A stretch of 63,994 nt of DNA, the filler included, from Archaeoglobus sp. JdFR-37 (GTDB lineage: Archaea > Halobacteriota > Archaeoglobi > Archaeoglobales > Archaeoglobaceae): assembly GCA_002010215.1 (NCBI GenBank). It is 4 parts of 4 records of this genome, joined end to end, with 100 filler letters (N's around TTAATTAATTAA, not from the genome) between each part and the next. Parts side by side here need not be neighbours in the genome. Positions count along the whole stretch, not along the records: positions 1 to 22,351 come from MTMY01000048.1; 3 more parts are not named here. The stretch is one strand, 5' to 3'. Below the pieces are notes generated by a model. It was not told where the DNA came from. It searched no databases and was given only the letters and a program-made list of their open reading frames with translations. The position numbers and the translations under genes are program-made. The first letter of the stretch is position 1. The number at the start of each line of letters is the position of its first letter. Positions 10,680-20,687 of the stretch are shown here, in pieces.

Positions 10680-11399
10680 CTAGCTGAATGCCAGAAATCG
10701 CTCCAAATCCTGCCTGGATAACTCATCCATCTTTCCGCTGAGCTTTATCTCCCCCTTGTCCATCACATAAACCCTATCGGCAATTTTTTCCACAAAAGGC
10801 AAATTTTGGTCAGCAACCAGAAGAGATACGCCATATTCCTGTATGGTTTTAATTATCTCGGCTATATTGTGAACGATCTTTGGTGCCAAACCTTCTGAGG
10901 GTTCGTCAATGAGGAGGAGATCAGGATTAAGGAGGAGACCTCTGGCAATGCCGAGCATTCTTCTTTCTCCACCGCTCAGCGTTCCTGCTACCCTCTTTGC
11001 AAATTCTTTAAGCTGAGGGAAAATTTTGAAGATCTCTTCCATATCGAAAATTCTGTCTGACTGTCTGACTGATTGTTTGATGGAAATTTTCAGATTCTCC
11101 TCCACCGTGAGGTTCGGAAAAACACCACCATAATCGGGAACGTATCCCACACCATGTTTTGCAATTCTGTAAGGTGGCAGCTCTATCAGATCAACCTCTT
11201 CCCTGAAAACTATCTTTCCAGTTCTCTTAGACACCAGGCCCATAATTGTTCTGAGGGTTGTTGTCTTGCCAACGCCGTTTCTCCCGAGAAGTACTACAAC
11301 TTCTCCTTTATCCACTTCCAAGGAGACATCAAAAAGGATGTGGCTCTTGCCATAGTAAGAATTCACATCAGAGAGTTTCAGCATTTTCACGCTCTTCAT
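10680..11399 (-). CDS. Liv-type ABC transporter ATPase (LivF-like)
   Basis: GRNGVGKT, LSGGE, DEPSEGLAP. Confidence 0.92.
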   Translation of the reverse strand: MKSVKMLKLSDVNSYYGKSHILFDVSLEVDKGEVVVLLGRNGVGKTTTLRTIMGLVSKRTGKIVFREEVDLIELPPYRIAKHGVGYVPDYGGVFPNLTVEENLKISIKQSVRQSDRIFDMEEIFKIFPQLKEFAKRVAGTLSGGERRMLGIARGLLLNPDLLLIDEPSEGLAPKIVHNIAEIIKTIQEYGVSLLVADQNLPFVEKIADRVYVMDKGEIKLSGKMDELSRQDLERFLAFS

Positions 11400-12115
11400 A
11401 TCTCGACCCCCTTAAGGTAAACCTCTCTGACCGCTTTGTCATCCTTAATTTCCTCTGGCGTCCCATCTGCCAGAATCCTCCCTCTGTTCATCACCACTAT
11501 TCTCTCAGCCATTTTGAAGACAACATCCATGTCATGCTCCACTATCACAATTGTAAGCTTCTCCGTCTCTTTCAGCCTCATAACGATCTCTAGGATTCTG
11601 TGTTTTTCAGCAGGATTTACGCCAGCTGTAGGTTCGTCCAAAAACAGGATTCTGGGTTTTGTGGCAATAGCCATGGCCATTTCCAACAGTCTTTGGTCAC
11701 CGTGGGAAATCTCTGAAGCAAGAGCGTCTTTTATGTCTTCAAATTCGAATACTTTCATTAGTTCTTCCAGTTCACTCAACGCCTTATCTCCTCTGCTGAG
11801 AAGAGGGATGCGGATGTTTTGAGCAACCGTGAGGCCGGGAAAGATGTTAGAGATCTGAAAAGTTCTGGAAATGCCCATAAGAACCCTTTTATGCGGAGGA
11901 AGGTGGGTGATGTCTTCACCATTGAAAATTATTTTTCCGGTGTTTGGCTTCAGAAGACCTGTACAGAGGTTAATGAACGTCGTCTTTCCCGCACCGTTGG
12001 GCCCGATGATTGCAGTGATAGACTCCTCCTCGAAGCTAAGCGATACATCATCCACTGCTCTGAGTCCTCCAAAGAATTTTGAAAGGTTCTGGGTCTCGAG
12101 TATCACAGTCATCAC
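11396..12115 (-). CDS. Liv-type ABC transporter ATPase (LivG-like)
   Basis: GPNGAGKT, RTFQ, DEPTAG, VEHDM. Confidence 0.92.
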   Translation of the reverse strand: MMTVILETQNLSKFFGGLRAVDDVSLSFEEESITAIIGPNGAGKTTFINLCTGLLKPNTGKIIFNGEDITHLPPHKRVLMGISRTFQISNIFPGLTVAQNIRIPLLSRGDKALSELEELMKVFEFEDIKDALASEISHGDQRLLEMAMAIATKPRILFLDEPTAGVNPAEKHRILEIVMRLKETEKLTIVIVEHDMDVVFKMAERIVVMNRGRILADGTPEEIKDDKAVREVYLKGVEI

Positions 12116-13089
12116 CTCCCTCTGAGATATCTTTCAACGATGCCCACAACTCCGCCCCTGAAAAACAGAACCACTGCCACAATTGCCACTCCGAATATGA
12201 ACTGCCAGTAGAGGGTGTATTTTGTTATCAGATCCTGAATTATGACGTAAACGATTGTACCCACTGCCGGGCCGATGAAGCTCTGTGGGCCACCTAAGAG
12301 GGTCACAATAACCGGTATAGCTGAGAAGGTCCAGTGGGCAATGGTAGGTGTCACAGTTCTGTCTAGGAGTGCCCATAAAACTCCAGCTACCCCAGTAAAC
12401 GTTCCCGAGACTATCATTGCGTACAGCCTGTATTTGAGGGTAGAGTGACCGGAGAACTGGACTCTGGTCTCATTCTCCCTTATCCCCTCCAGTATCAGGC
12501 CTATATCCGACTTTACAAACCTGTACATTAGGTATGAACAGATGACCACCACCAGCACTGTGAAGTAATAGAACCAGAACATGGAAAAGCCACGTGGAAA
12601 GCCTGTTATTCCATCTTCTCCGCCTGTAACATCCCTCCATTTCATCACTATACCCCAGAAGAGCATGGAGAAAGCCAGAGTGACCATTGCGAAGTGTATC
12701 TCCCTATGTCTGAGGGACAGGGTTCCGACAACCGCAGAAAATAGTGTCGCTGCAGCTATGCCCAAGATGAATCCAACAACAAGCGGGTAGTCAAGCCGGG
12801 CCACAAGGATGGCTAGAGTATATGCACTACCTGAAAAGAATAGTGCGTGACCGAAGCTCAGCAATCCTGAGTAGCCAAACAGAACGTTAAAGGCTATTGC
12901 ATACAGAATCAGTATCCATATCTTGGTGGATAGATACAGAGCATACTTGTTCCCAGTAAGCGGGATGAGGAGCGAAGCTGCGATAACTGCTATTACAGCT
13001 ATCAGCGATTTTTCCATTGTGGGAACTGTTTCAATTGTTTCGACCGTTGTTTCAACTGCTCCTCCTTCTGACATTTCCTCAGACTTCAC
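12112..13089 (-). CDS. Liv-type ABC transporter permease (LivM-like)
   Basis: GYSGLLSFGH, TGGEDG, IRENE, polytopic. Confidence 0.9.
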   Translation of the reverse strand: MKSEEMSEGGAVETTVETIETVPTMEKSLIAVIAVIAASLLIPLTGNKYALYLSTKIWILILYAIAFNVLFGYSGLLSFGHALFFSGSAYTLAILVARLDYPLVVGFILGIAAATLFSAVVGTLSLRHREIHFAMVTLAFSMLFWGIVMKWRDVTGGEDGITGFPRGFSMFWFYYFTVLVVVICSYLMYRFVKSDIGLILEGIRENETRVQFSGHSTLKYRLYAMIVSGTFTGVAGVLWALLDRTVTPTIAHWTFSAIPVIVTLLGGPQSFIGPAVGTIVYVIIQDLITKYTLYWQFIFGVAIVAVVLFFRGGVVGIVERYLRGR

Positions 13090-13936
13090 CGAAGATCCCC
13101 TCCGGTCTCAACAGCAGAACTGCGGAAAGGGCTATGTATGGCAGAGCTATCGCGAGCCAAGGGACGAAGAAGGCTCCAAGAGCTTCAATAATTCCTATAA
13201 TCAGGGCTGAGATGAATGCACCCTTTATGCTGCCTAACCCACCTATAACCGTGACTATGAATGCGTAGATTATGATGTTCTCACCCATTCCGGGAGCCGC
13301 AGAGCTGATTGGCAGTGTTAGACCCCCTCCAAGCCCTGCAAGGAAAGCGCCGAACATGAATGCGGTGGCGTAGAGGAATGAGGGGTTGAGGCCGCAGCAC
13401 ATGGCCATTTCAGGATCAGCAGTAATCGCTCTTATCTGCATCCCCCAGTAAGTTCTCGAAAGCACGTAGTACAGCAGCAGAGCAATCAAAACTCCGGCGA
13501 TTATGATATAAATGGAAAACATGGGAAGCGTTCTGCCGAAGACTGATAGCGAGCCTGTGAACTGGGCCATCATCATCCTTGGTACTGCTCCCCAGACCAT
13601 TCTGACCATGTCCTCGAATATCAAAATTAAACCGAAGGTCAGGACGAGCTGGAATGGTACAGGCAGATGATAGATTTTGGATATGAATGCCCTTTCACAG
13701 CCTGCCCCAATCAATCCCACAAGTAACGAGCCGACCAGCAGCGCCACCATGTAGTTTCCGATGACTTCAAAAAAAGTAAGGGTGAAGTATGCTCCCAGCA
13801 TGTAGAATGCTCCATGTGCGAAGTTGAGTATTCTTGTAACTCCAAAGGTAAATGTGAGGCCTGAGGAAACTATCCAGTAGAGCATCGCTGTCGCTATACC
13901 TATGATTAGCTGAAACGCTATCGCTCCCGGGTCCAT
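13079..13936 (-). CDS. Liv-type ABC transporter permease (LivH-like)
   Basis: LNFAHGAFY, GGLGSI, RPEGIFG. Confidence 0.9.
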   Translation of the reverse strand: MDPGAIAFQLIIGIATAMLYWIVSSGLTFTFGVTRILNFAHGAFYMLGAYFTLTFFEVIGNYMVALLVGSLLVGLIGAGCERAFISKIYHLPVPFQLVLTFGLILIFEDMVRMVWGAVPRMMMAQFTGSLSVFGRTLPMFSIYIIIAGVLIALLLYYVLSRTYWGMQIRAITADPEMAMCCGLNPSFLYATAFMFGAFLAGLGGGLTLPISSAAPGMGENIIIYAFIVTVIGGLGSIKGAFISALIIGIIEALGAFFVPWLAIALPYIALSAVLLLRPEGIFGEV

Positions 13937-13973
13937 ACCTGATCTTCCCTTGCTATCCTAATTATCCAGCTGC

Positions 13974-15302
13974 CTATTTCGTGAAGGGTGGTACCTCATC
14001 AAAGGGTGGCTTCTTGTAGTACATCTGGGCTGGCATGGCTTTGAGGTTCTCAAGCACCGGTATCGGATAGTTGGGATCATGCTTTACTTGGCCGTAAGGC
14101 ACCTCGTACACAGCCTGATGATCTTCCTTCCTTATCAGCCTAGCACCAGCCGGTGAATAGACCACCATGTCTTCCAGTGCTTTGATGTGGGTGTCTATGT
14201 CTAAGGTCTGGGTTAGCTCGATGAGCTTCTTGATGAGGTAAACTGCAGTGTAGGAAGTCTCTCCACTGTATGCTGGATAGTGCCCCCACTTGTCCAAGTG
14301 TGCCTTGACAAACTTCCTGTTGAGGGCTGTGTCGGGATATGGCCACACATACCTTCCAGAAATCCAGCAGCCTTCTGGATATTCAGTTTTGAGAGCCTCC
14401 ATTGCGTCGATGGAGTAGCCCATGGGGTTTATCCATGCATATCCTCCATCATACTTTACTGCATCAAACAGACCCATCTGTTTTGCCTGTCTTACGAAGG
14501 TGAAGAGGTCAACTCCCCATTCTACTGTATGAATGCCGTCGGGCTTCTTCTCCATTACTGAGGAGATATATGGTGTGAAATCTGTTGTCCCTATCTTGGC
14601 CCACGCCTCAGCGACGAACTCCACATCCGGCCTGAGCTTGGATAGTGTTTTCTGGAAGAGTTCCCATGATGCATAACCGTACTCGTAATCGGGGTGTACG
14701 GCAGCCCACCTTGTTGCTGGAAGCTGAGCTGCTATAAAAGCTGCCATTATACCATCCTGATATACCGGGACAGCAAGTCTGAACACTTCCTTTATTCCTT
14801 TCTTGTAAACCAGATCTTCTGTCAGACGATGTGTGGCTGCATGGGTAACAAACAGCAGTTTGTTGACTTCTGGCATCACCTCTGCAACGCCCAAAACCAC
14901 ACCGCTTGAATCTATGCCGATAATAAAGTCGCAGCCCTCGTTCTCTACAAGGCTTCTTACCTGCTTTACAGCCTCTGCCGGCTTTGCAGCAGAGTCTCTG
15001 TAGATTATCTCAACTTTGCTGCCCATAATTCCTCCAGCAGCGTTTATTTCTTCCATAGCGAGCTGAGAACCTCTTTTCTGCAGCTCGCCATATGTTCCAA
15101 AAGGTCCGGAGAAAATTGCTATGTGTCCTATTTTTATTGTATCTTTAAGCTTCTTCTCCCCAACCACTGGAGCTTCCTTTGGTACAACCTGAACTTCTGG
15201 TTTTTTGAGGCTGTACCCTACCCCTCCTCCAATCAGCAGCCCTGCACCAAATGCTGCAGTATATTTCAGAAAATCTCTCCTACTAATCTCTTCAGGCGGC
15301 AT
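13974..15302 (-). CDS. Liv-type ABC substrate-binding protein with Tat signal
   Basis: SRRDFLK twin-arginine motif; INAAGGIMG, DYEYG. Confidence 0.9.
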   Translation of the reverse strand: MPPEEISRRDFLKYTAAFGAGLLIGGGVGYSLKKPEVQVVPKEAPVVGEKKLKDTIKIGHIAIFSGPFGTYGELQKRGSQLAMEEINAAGGIMGSKVEIIYRDSAAKPAEAVKQVRSLVENEGCDFIIGIDSSGVVLGVAEVMPEVNKLLFVTHAATHRLTEDLVYKKGIKEVFRLAVPVYQDGIMAAFIAAQLPATRWAAVHPDYEYGYASWELFQKTLSKLRPDVEFVAEAWAKIGTTDFTPYISSVMEKKPDGIHTVEWGVDLFTFVRQAKQMGLFDAVKYDGGYAWINPMGYSIDAMEALKTEYPEGCWISGRYVWPYPDTALNRKFVKAHLDKWGHYPAYSGETSYTAVYLIKKLIELTQTLDIDTHIKALEDMVVYSPAGARLIRKEDHQAVYEVPYGQVKHDPNYPIPVLENLKAMPAQMYYKKPPFDEVPPFTK

Positions 15303-15540
15303 CTTCTATCACCTGTTTTGTAAATGATTAATTATTGGTCAATTATTCACTATAAAAGGCTTTCGATAGGTATCTTTTTAGATTAATTAAAAATTTTTCT
15401 AAAGTTTTATTGCATTGAAATCTACCACTTTTAGAAAAATCTAACTGAATTATTGTATAAATTAAATAAATTATTTAAAAATTTAGCAAAACAAAAAACC
15501 CAAAGTTTAAAAACTGTTTTCGGCTTAATATTATTTGCTC
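15303..15540. promoter_or_regulatory. AT-rich divergent promoter region between the ABC operon and the second PaaK-like gene
   Basis: Very AT-rich intergenic region between divergent genes with several TATA-like elements (TTTATA, TTTAAA). Confidence 0.55.
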
Positions 15541-16797
15541 ATGAATAATGACTACTGGGACCCCAAAATCGAGCTGATGAGCAGAAAAAACCTTCAGAAT
15601 TTGCAGTTAAAACGGTTGAGGTGGCAGATAAAAAGATGTTACGATAACTCCTTATTTTACAGATTTAAGTTTAAAAAGGCCAATGTAGCTCCGGAGGATA
15701 TAAGAAGACTAGATGATGTGGAGAAGCTCCCCTTCGTATTCAAGGGTGAGCTCCGAGAGGAGCAGAGAAGGTTTGGCGTTAATAGATACCTTGTTACCAG
15801 AGACAAGCTTGTGGAAGCCTATCCAACTTCTGGAACCACAGGGGAGCCAGTTCTTAATTTCTGGACTGAAATGGACAGGGAGTATATAATCGATGTCACA
15901 GCGCGAACACTCTGGAGTATGGGGTTGAGGAGCGAGGATGTGGTTCACAACGCATTCAAATATGAACTCTGGGCAGTGGGTATGGCCATTCATCGGGCCG
16001 TTCAGAAAATTGGAGGATTTGTTCTGCCAATTGGCGATGGGAAGTTGATGAGACAGATAGAGTTTCTGGTTAAGATGTCACCAACGGCCATTCTCTCAAC
16101 ACCCACTCTGGCACTTAAAATAGGAAGCAAGCTTCATGAGCTTGGATACAGCGGCGATGATCTAACCTTAGAATTCGGGGCGTTTGGTGGTGAACCTGGG
16201 GCAAGCATACCATCCACTCGAAAAAAGATAGAAAAGCTGCTGGGTATCGATGCTTACGATTACTACGGGCTCATGGAAATCGCACCCACCTTTGCGTCCG
16301 AATGTACGGAGAAGGCAGGCCTTCACTGGAGTGAAGATTATCATTTGGTGGAGGTAGTTGACCCGAAGACTAGCGAGAGAGTTGAAGAAGGGGAAAAGGG
16401 TGTGGTGGTCATTACACATCTATCCAAAGAAGCCACACCCATGATAAGGTATTGGACTGGAGACATAGCCAAGCTCGAATACGATAAGTGCTCCTGTGGC
16501 AGAACTCATGCTAGGTCTCCGGGTGGAATAGTCGGGCGAACTGATGATATGATAATTTATCACGGAATAAGCTTTTATCCTAGCGAAATCGAAGAAGTTT
16601 TGCGTCTTTTCCCGGAAGTTGGCACTGAATACACAATTACTCTAACTGACCAGGATAAGTGTGTGGTAGAAATAGAGCTTGACCCTAATTTCGTTTCCCA
16701 AAGAAGAGATGTGTACTCCCTAAGGCAGGAGATTTCCGAATATCTTACCAGCTTCTTTGGTGTTCCCATTGAGGTGGAGATAAAAAATATCAATTAA
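15541..16797 (+). CDS. Phenylacetate-CoA ligase family paralog, C-terminally short
   Basis: TSGTTG, YGLME, RYWTGD, GRTDDM; clearly similar to 9334-10662 but ends before the KAKRV segment. Confidence 0.85.
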   Translation: MNNDYWDPKIELMSRKNLQNLQLKRLRWQIKRCYDNSLFYRFKFKKANVAPEDIRRLDDVEKLPFVFKGELREEQRRFGVNRYLVTRDKLVEAYPTSGTTGEPVLNFWTEMDREYIIDVTARTLWSMGLRSEDVVHNAFKYELWAVGMAIHRAVQKIGGFVLPIGDGKLMRQIEFLVKMSPTAILSTPTLALKIGSKLHELGYSGDDLTLEFGAFGGEPGASIPSTRKKIEKLLGIDAYDYYGLMEIAPTFASECTEKAGLHWSEDYHLVEVVDPKTSERVEEGEKGVVVITHLSKEATPMIRYWTGDIAKLEYDKCSCGRTHARSPGGIVGRTDDMIIYHGISFYPSEIEEVLRLFPEVGTEYTITLTDQDKCVVEIELDPNFVSQRRDVYSLRQEISEYLTSFFGVPIEVEIKNIN

Positions 16798-16840
16798 GGT
16801 GGTGGAGAAGCGGAGAAGAAGGAAGCTATGACTAACTCGG

Positions 16841-18538
16841 TTAAGCCTGCCTCCTCCACCCTCTGAGCTTATAGTATTCCTCAAGCATAGCTTTAAAGCT
16901 CCCCTCGTCAACAGCAAATTCCTTGTCGTATTTTCTCAGAGGTTTGAAGAACGTGGATGGGAGCCTCTCATTTACAACTCCCTCTCTGAGGTTGAACTCT
17001 CTTGTGAGATTGTGAATTCTTTCTCCGGCTTTTTTGAGATCCTCAACACTTGTTTCTCTGCCGGTAATAATACTCAACAGCTCAGCAATTTCCTTCCAGC
17101 CCATGCCTATCACTGGCAGACACAAAAACCTGCAGAAGACTAGCGAATCTACCACGCAGTAGAAGTCCTCTAAGTCTTTAACCAGAGCAGCCTGACCCTC
17201 TGGAGAGAATCTATCCAGAAGTCCTGTGAGGTTGGGGCGATAGGCACAGCTTCGCATGTGGCAAGCTCCTCTTTGTGACGTTACATATGCTAAAGCCATT
17301 CCATACAACCCTCTGGGGTCATAACCTGCGGGTTCAAGCCCTTTAACGTGAACCGGCTCTGAGGAAACGTTAAGCAGTTCTGCAGCTCTCATAACTCCTT
17401 CAGCCAGTATATTGCCTATACCCTCTCTGAAAGCTATTTTTCTAAGCAACTCCAGAATTGCTTCGCCATCGCCGAACTGAAGCCTCTCATCAACCTCGCC
17501 GCTCTCGTTGCATGCCATCAAGAATGCTATGGTGTTGCCAGCAGAAATTACATCCATCCCAAACCTGTCGCATAGATCGTTGGCTTTGATTATTGATTCC
17601 AGGTCGCTATTGTAGCACAGAGAGCCGAAAGAGAAGAGGGTTTCATACTCTGGGCCTTCCACTTCTACGTCTGCAACCTTGCTTATCTTCCCGCATGCAA
17701 CAACGCAAGCATAGCATGCAGTGTTTCTTTCAACGTATTTCTGCATAGCCTCAGCATTTATACTCTCGAACCCATCAAAGCTCCCTTCCTGCCAGTATTT
17801 CGTGGGTAAAACCCCGGTTTCATTCGTCAAGGCCATTATGCCGGGTGTACCGTACTTTGTCATTCCCTGCAAGTTATTTACTACATTTTGATTCAGCCAT
17901 CTTCTGAATTCCTTCAATTTTTCGGGTTCAGCTACTTCAATCTTCTTGCTACCCCTGATGACTACCCCTTTCAGATTTTTAGAACCCATCACCGCTCCAG
18001 CTCCGCCCCTTCCAAACTGTCTCCCCCTTCTATGGTTTATGCAGGCAAACCTGACCAGATTCTCACCTGCTTGTCCTATTGAAAGCACTTCACCGTCCTC
18101 ATCCTTTCTAAGAATATCTTCGGTTTCATAGCTATCCTTTCCCCAGAGATGGGATGCGTCTTTTATCTGGACGTTCTCATCTTCGACCACGATGTAAACT
18201 GGTTTGTCGGCTTTTCCAGTGATAAACAGGAAATCTATGCCAGCTTTTCTCATTTCATAGGCTATGAATCCCCCGCACTGAGATTCACCGTATCCACCAG
18301 TCATAGGTGATTTAAAAACGCAGGTCATTCTCGTCGCTCCAGATAGAGCTATTCCATTGAGTGGACCTATTCCGAATATTAATGCATTCTCTTGGTGGAA
18401 GGGATCTATTTTTGGTGGAATCTCGAAAAGAAGTTTTGTCGCAACACCTTTTCCGCCGATGTATTCTTTCTCCCAGCTTGTTGGTAATTCGGAAATTCTA
18501 ACAATGGATTTGGACAGATCAATTCTTGCTACTTTCAT
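16841..18538 (-). CDS. Tungsten/molybdopterin aldehyde:ferredoxin oxidoreductase family
   Basis: KSPMTG, GRGGAGAVMGSKNLK, CYACVVAC, EYET, DRFGMD, RGACH. Confidence 0.92.
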   Translation of the reverse strand: MKVARIDLSKSIVRISELPTSWEKEYIGGKGVATKLLFEIPPKIDPFHQENALIFGIGPLNGIALSGATRMTCVFKSPMTGGYGESQCGGFIAYEMRKAGIDFLFITGKADKPVYIVVEDENVQIKDASHLWGKDSYETEDILRKDEDGEVLSIGQAGENLVRFACINHRRGRQFGRGGAGAVMGSKNLKGVVIRGSKKIEVAEPEKLKEFRRWLNQNVVNNLQGMTKYGTPGIMALTNETGVLPTKYWQEGSFDGFESINAEAMQKYVERNTACYACVVACGKISKVADVEVEGPEYETLFSFGSLCYNSDLESIIKANDLCDRFGMDVISAGNTIAFLMACNESGEVDERLQFGDGEAILELLRKIAFREGIGNILAEGVMRAAELLNVSSEPVHVKGLEPAGYDPRGLYGMALAYVTSQRGACHMRSCAYRPNLTGLLDRFSPEGQAALVKDLEDFYCVVDSLVFCRFLCLPVIGMGWKEIAELLSIITGRETSVEDLKKAGERIHNLTREFNLREGVVNERLPSTFFKPLRKYDKEFAVDEGSFKAMLEEYYKLRGWRRQA

Positions 18539-18688
18539 CTTCTCCCTCCAGTGATTGCAGATTATGAGGGTAGCTTTCAGTATGATTATCCCTTATAAAT
18601 TTTTGGTGGGATTTGAGTGTCTTTTAATAACTCTTTAATAAACACTTTAATAATCATCTTTTTAAAAACGATCCATCATAAATTCTTC

Positions 18689-19501
18689 ATGCCAGAGTTA
18701 CTGGAGCTCATTGATGATGCCATAAATTTAATGCCAAAGGAAAGGATGTTGCATATCTATGATAAACGATTTACTGTTATTGGAGATGTTCATGCGGATC
18801 TGCAAACATTCAAATTTCTTGAGAGAAAGATTGAAGGTGTGGCAGTCTTTCTTGGGGATTACGCTGATAGAGGAAGCTTTCCTGTTGAAACATATTCAAG
18901 AATCCTCAAACTTTTTGTTGAAGGAAGGGCTATACTGTTGAGAGGAAACCACGAAAGCACCGGTGTTTTTCCCCACGAGTTACCATATCAGCTAAAAGAG
19001 GAATTGGGTGACGGCTCCGAAGACCTATATAAGGGGCTTCAGAAGCTGTGGGAAATAATGCCAATCTCTGCTATCGTCGAAAATGAGCTCTGGCTTGTTC
19101 ATGGAGGAGTTCCTACGAAGAGATGCAGAATTGATGAGGAGGGTATAGAGTTCAGAGATGTGGCAAAGCCTGATGAATATGCAATTCTGGAAATGCTCTG
19201 GAATGATCCATGGGAAAAGCAGGAGTGCGGGGAGAACTACAGGAGAGGTGTCATGTATTTCTTTGGCAGGAAAGCCACAAAATGTTTGCTGGATGCACTC
19301 GACGTCAGGGTGGTTGTGAGAGCTCATGAACCCTTCAAGGTTTTGAAGGTGGAGCAGGATGGAATGGTGGTAACTCTCGGCACATCTCCAGTACCCTATG
19401 GGCTTTCAGAGGCAGCCATTCTAAAAATTGAAGTGAATAAGGGTATCTCAGATGGCTACGACTTGGTGAGAAAATTCGGATACGTTTTCTCTGTGGTATA
19501 A
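18689..19501 (+). CDS. PPP-family Ser/Thr protein phosphatase (metallophosphoesterase)
   Basis: GDVHAD, GDYADRG, LRGNHE, HGG, LWNDP, RAHE. Confidence 0.9.
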   Translation: MPELLELIDDAINLMPKERMLHIYDKRFTVIGDVHADLQTFKFLERKIEGVAVFLGDYADRGSFPVETYSRILKLFVEGRAILLRGNHESTGVFPHELPYQLKEELGDGSEDLYKGLQKLWEIMPISAIVENELWLVHGGVPTKRCRIDEEGIEFRDVAKPDEYAILEMLWNDPWEKQECGENYRRGVMYFFGRKATKCLLDALDVRVVVRAHEPFKVLKVEQDGMVVTLGTSPVPYGLSEAAILKIEVNKGISDGYDLVRKFGYVFSVV

Positions 19502-19538
19502 CTGCTGAATTACATGAGTCAACCAGAGCGGTCTTTTA

Positions 19539-20606
19539 TCAGAAATTTTGAAGGTCTTGAAGGTTCTGAAGCTCCACCATTCTCGTTTCATTGAGATAGT
19601 AAACTCTAGCATAAGCGACTCTCCTCCTGAACTCCAAATCCGCAGCAAGCTTATCGAGGAAGTGGACTATGACGTCATTTGACATAAGACTGTAGCATGC
19701 ATTGCAGACACTGTTTCTGATATATTTCTCAGGCAAATGTTGTCCCAGATTACCTTCTTCGATAATTGAGATCAGTTTTTTTGGCCCCCAGATTCTTATG
19801 GCATGGAGGATTGAGTTGAGTTCAGCCCTATCAAATATTTCTTCCAGAGATTTCTCTCTCAAATTTCCCAGCATGAGTGGATGACTGGATTTCAGGTCTA
19901 TTACTGGGCCGATACATGCTATCACTCGCCCATCAGGGAAAATTATAGGGGAGCTACCGGCAGAGCAGGCGGAAATAGGTGGTTTTGTAGTCGTCTGGTA
20001 TTTCAACGCATCAATTTCTTTCAGTGCTCGCCCTGCAGGGAAGGTGATGGCTGTTTTAATCATATTGTCCTCAACTATCTCTCTGAGTTTTTCCAGTATT
20101 TCTTTGTACTCTTCGTCATCCTCATTTTCGGTGCACACGGCTATGTGGTAAGGTATTCTACACGCTTCGGCAGCAAACACTGCATTTTTTACGTTCTCGA
20201 AGGGAATGGATTCCTGATGGTGGACATCGGTGCTGATGGCTAGCATTTTGATTGCAGGTAATCTCCTGAGAACTCTGACTGCTTTCTCCGGTGTTTTTGC
20301 CCAGTAAGCGTTTGTTACTGCTGATACAATCAAACCGCACATCTCTCCGAATTTGGCTATCTTTTCTAGGGTAAACAGGTTGTAAAATGGTTCACCACCC
20401 GTAAGGGAAAGAACCTTGACATAGTCATTTCTATAGCTCGCTATTTGCTGAATCCAGTTAAATGCATCCTGAAGTGTCAGCTCCTCGGTTCTGTGAGGCC
20501 CTGCTTCAAGTATGCAGTGGGGGCAGGTTACCTGGCATTTGTAAGTTATAATAAGCCCAACGTTCCTAAGAAAGGGCATTTCGGGGAGATTATCTTCGTC
20601 CGACAT
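19539..20606 (-). CDS. Radical SAM protein with twitch/SPASM-like domain, EpeE(YydG)-like putative peptide maturase
   Basis: CQVTCPHC, LTGGEPF, TNAYWA, ISTDVHH; auxiliary-cluster Cys in SACS, DGRVIAC, CNAC; AGGAG RBS before ATG 20606. Confidence 0.85.
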   Translation of the reverse strand: MSDEDNLPEMPFLRNVGLIITYKCQVTCPHCILEAGPHRTEELTLQDAFNWIQQIASYRNDYVKVLSLTGGEPFYNLFTLEKIAKFGEMCGLIVSAVTNAYWAKTPEKAVRVLRRLPAIKMLAISTDVHHQESIPFENVKNAVFAAEACRIPYHIAVCTENEDDEEYKEILEKLREIVEDNMIKTAITFPAGRALKEIDALKYQTTTKPPISACSAGSSPIIFPDGRVIACIGPVIDLKSSHPLMLGNLREKSLEEIFDRAELNSILHAIRIWGPKKLISIIEEGNLGQHLPEKYIRNSVCNACYSLMSNDVIVHFLDKLAADLEFRRRVAYARVYYLNETRMVELQNLQDLQNF

Positions 20607-20624
20607 ATTTGATCTCCTGACAAT

Positions 20625-20666
20625 AAATTTCGAAGCCCTACCCGTTTTGGGCAGGATTCGTAATTT
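20625..20666 (-). promoter_or_regulatory. Intergenic stem-loop between peptide gene and radical SAM gene
   Basis: Minus-strand RNA CGAAU-CCUGCCC-AAAAC-GGGUAGG-GC-UUCG with an outer AAAUU/AAUUU pairing. Confidence 0.6.
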
Positions 20667-20687
20667 CAAACGTATTCTCAAATCATC

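Noticed and set aside
18689..19501. Ser/Thr phosphatase as part of the peptide-modification system
   Set aside because: It is convergent, on the opposite strand, and a common archaeal housekeeping gene.
20607..20681. N-terminal extension of the radical SAM ORF given in the ORF track
   Set aside because: It spans the intergenic hairpin; the AGGAG RBS supports ATG 20606.
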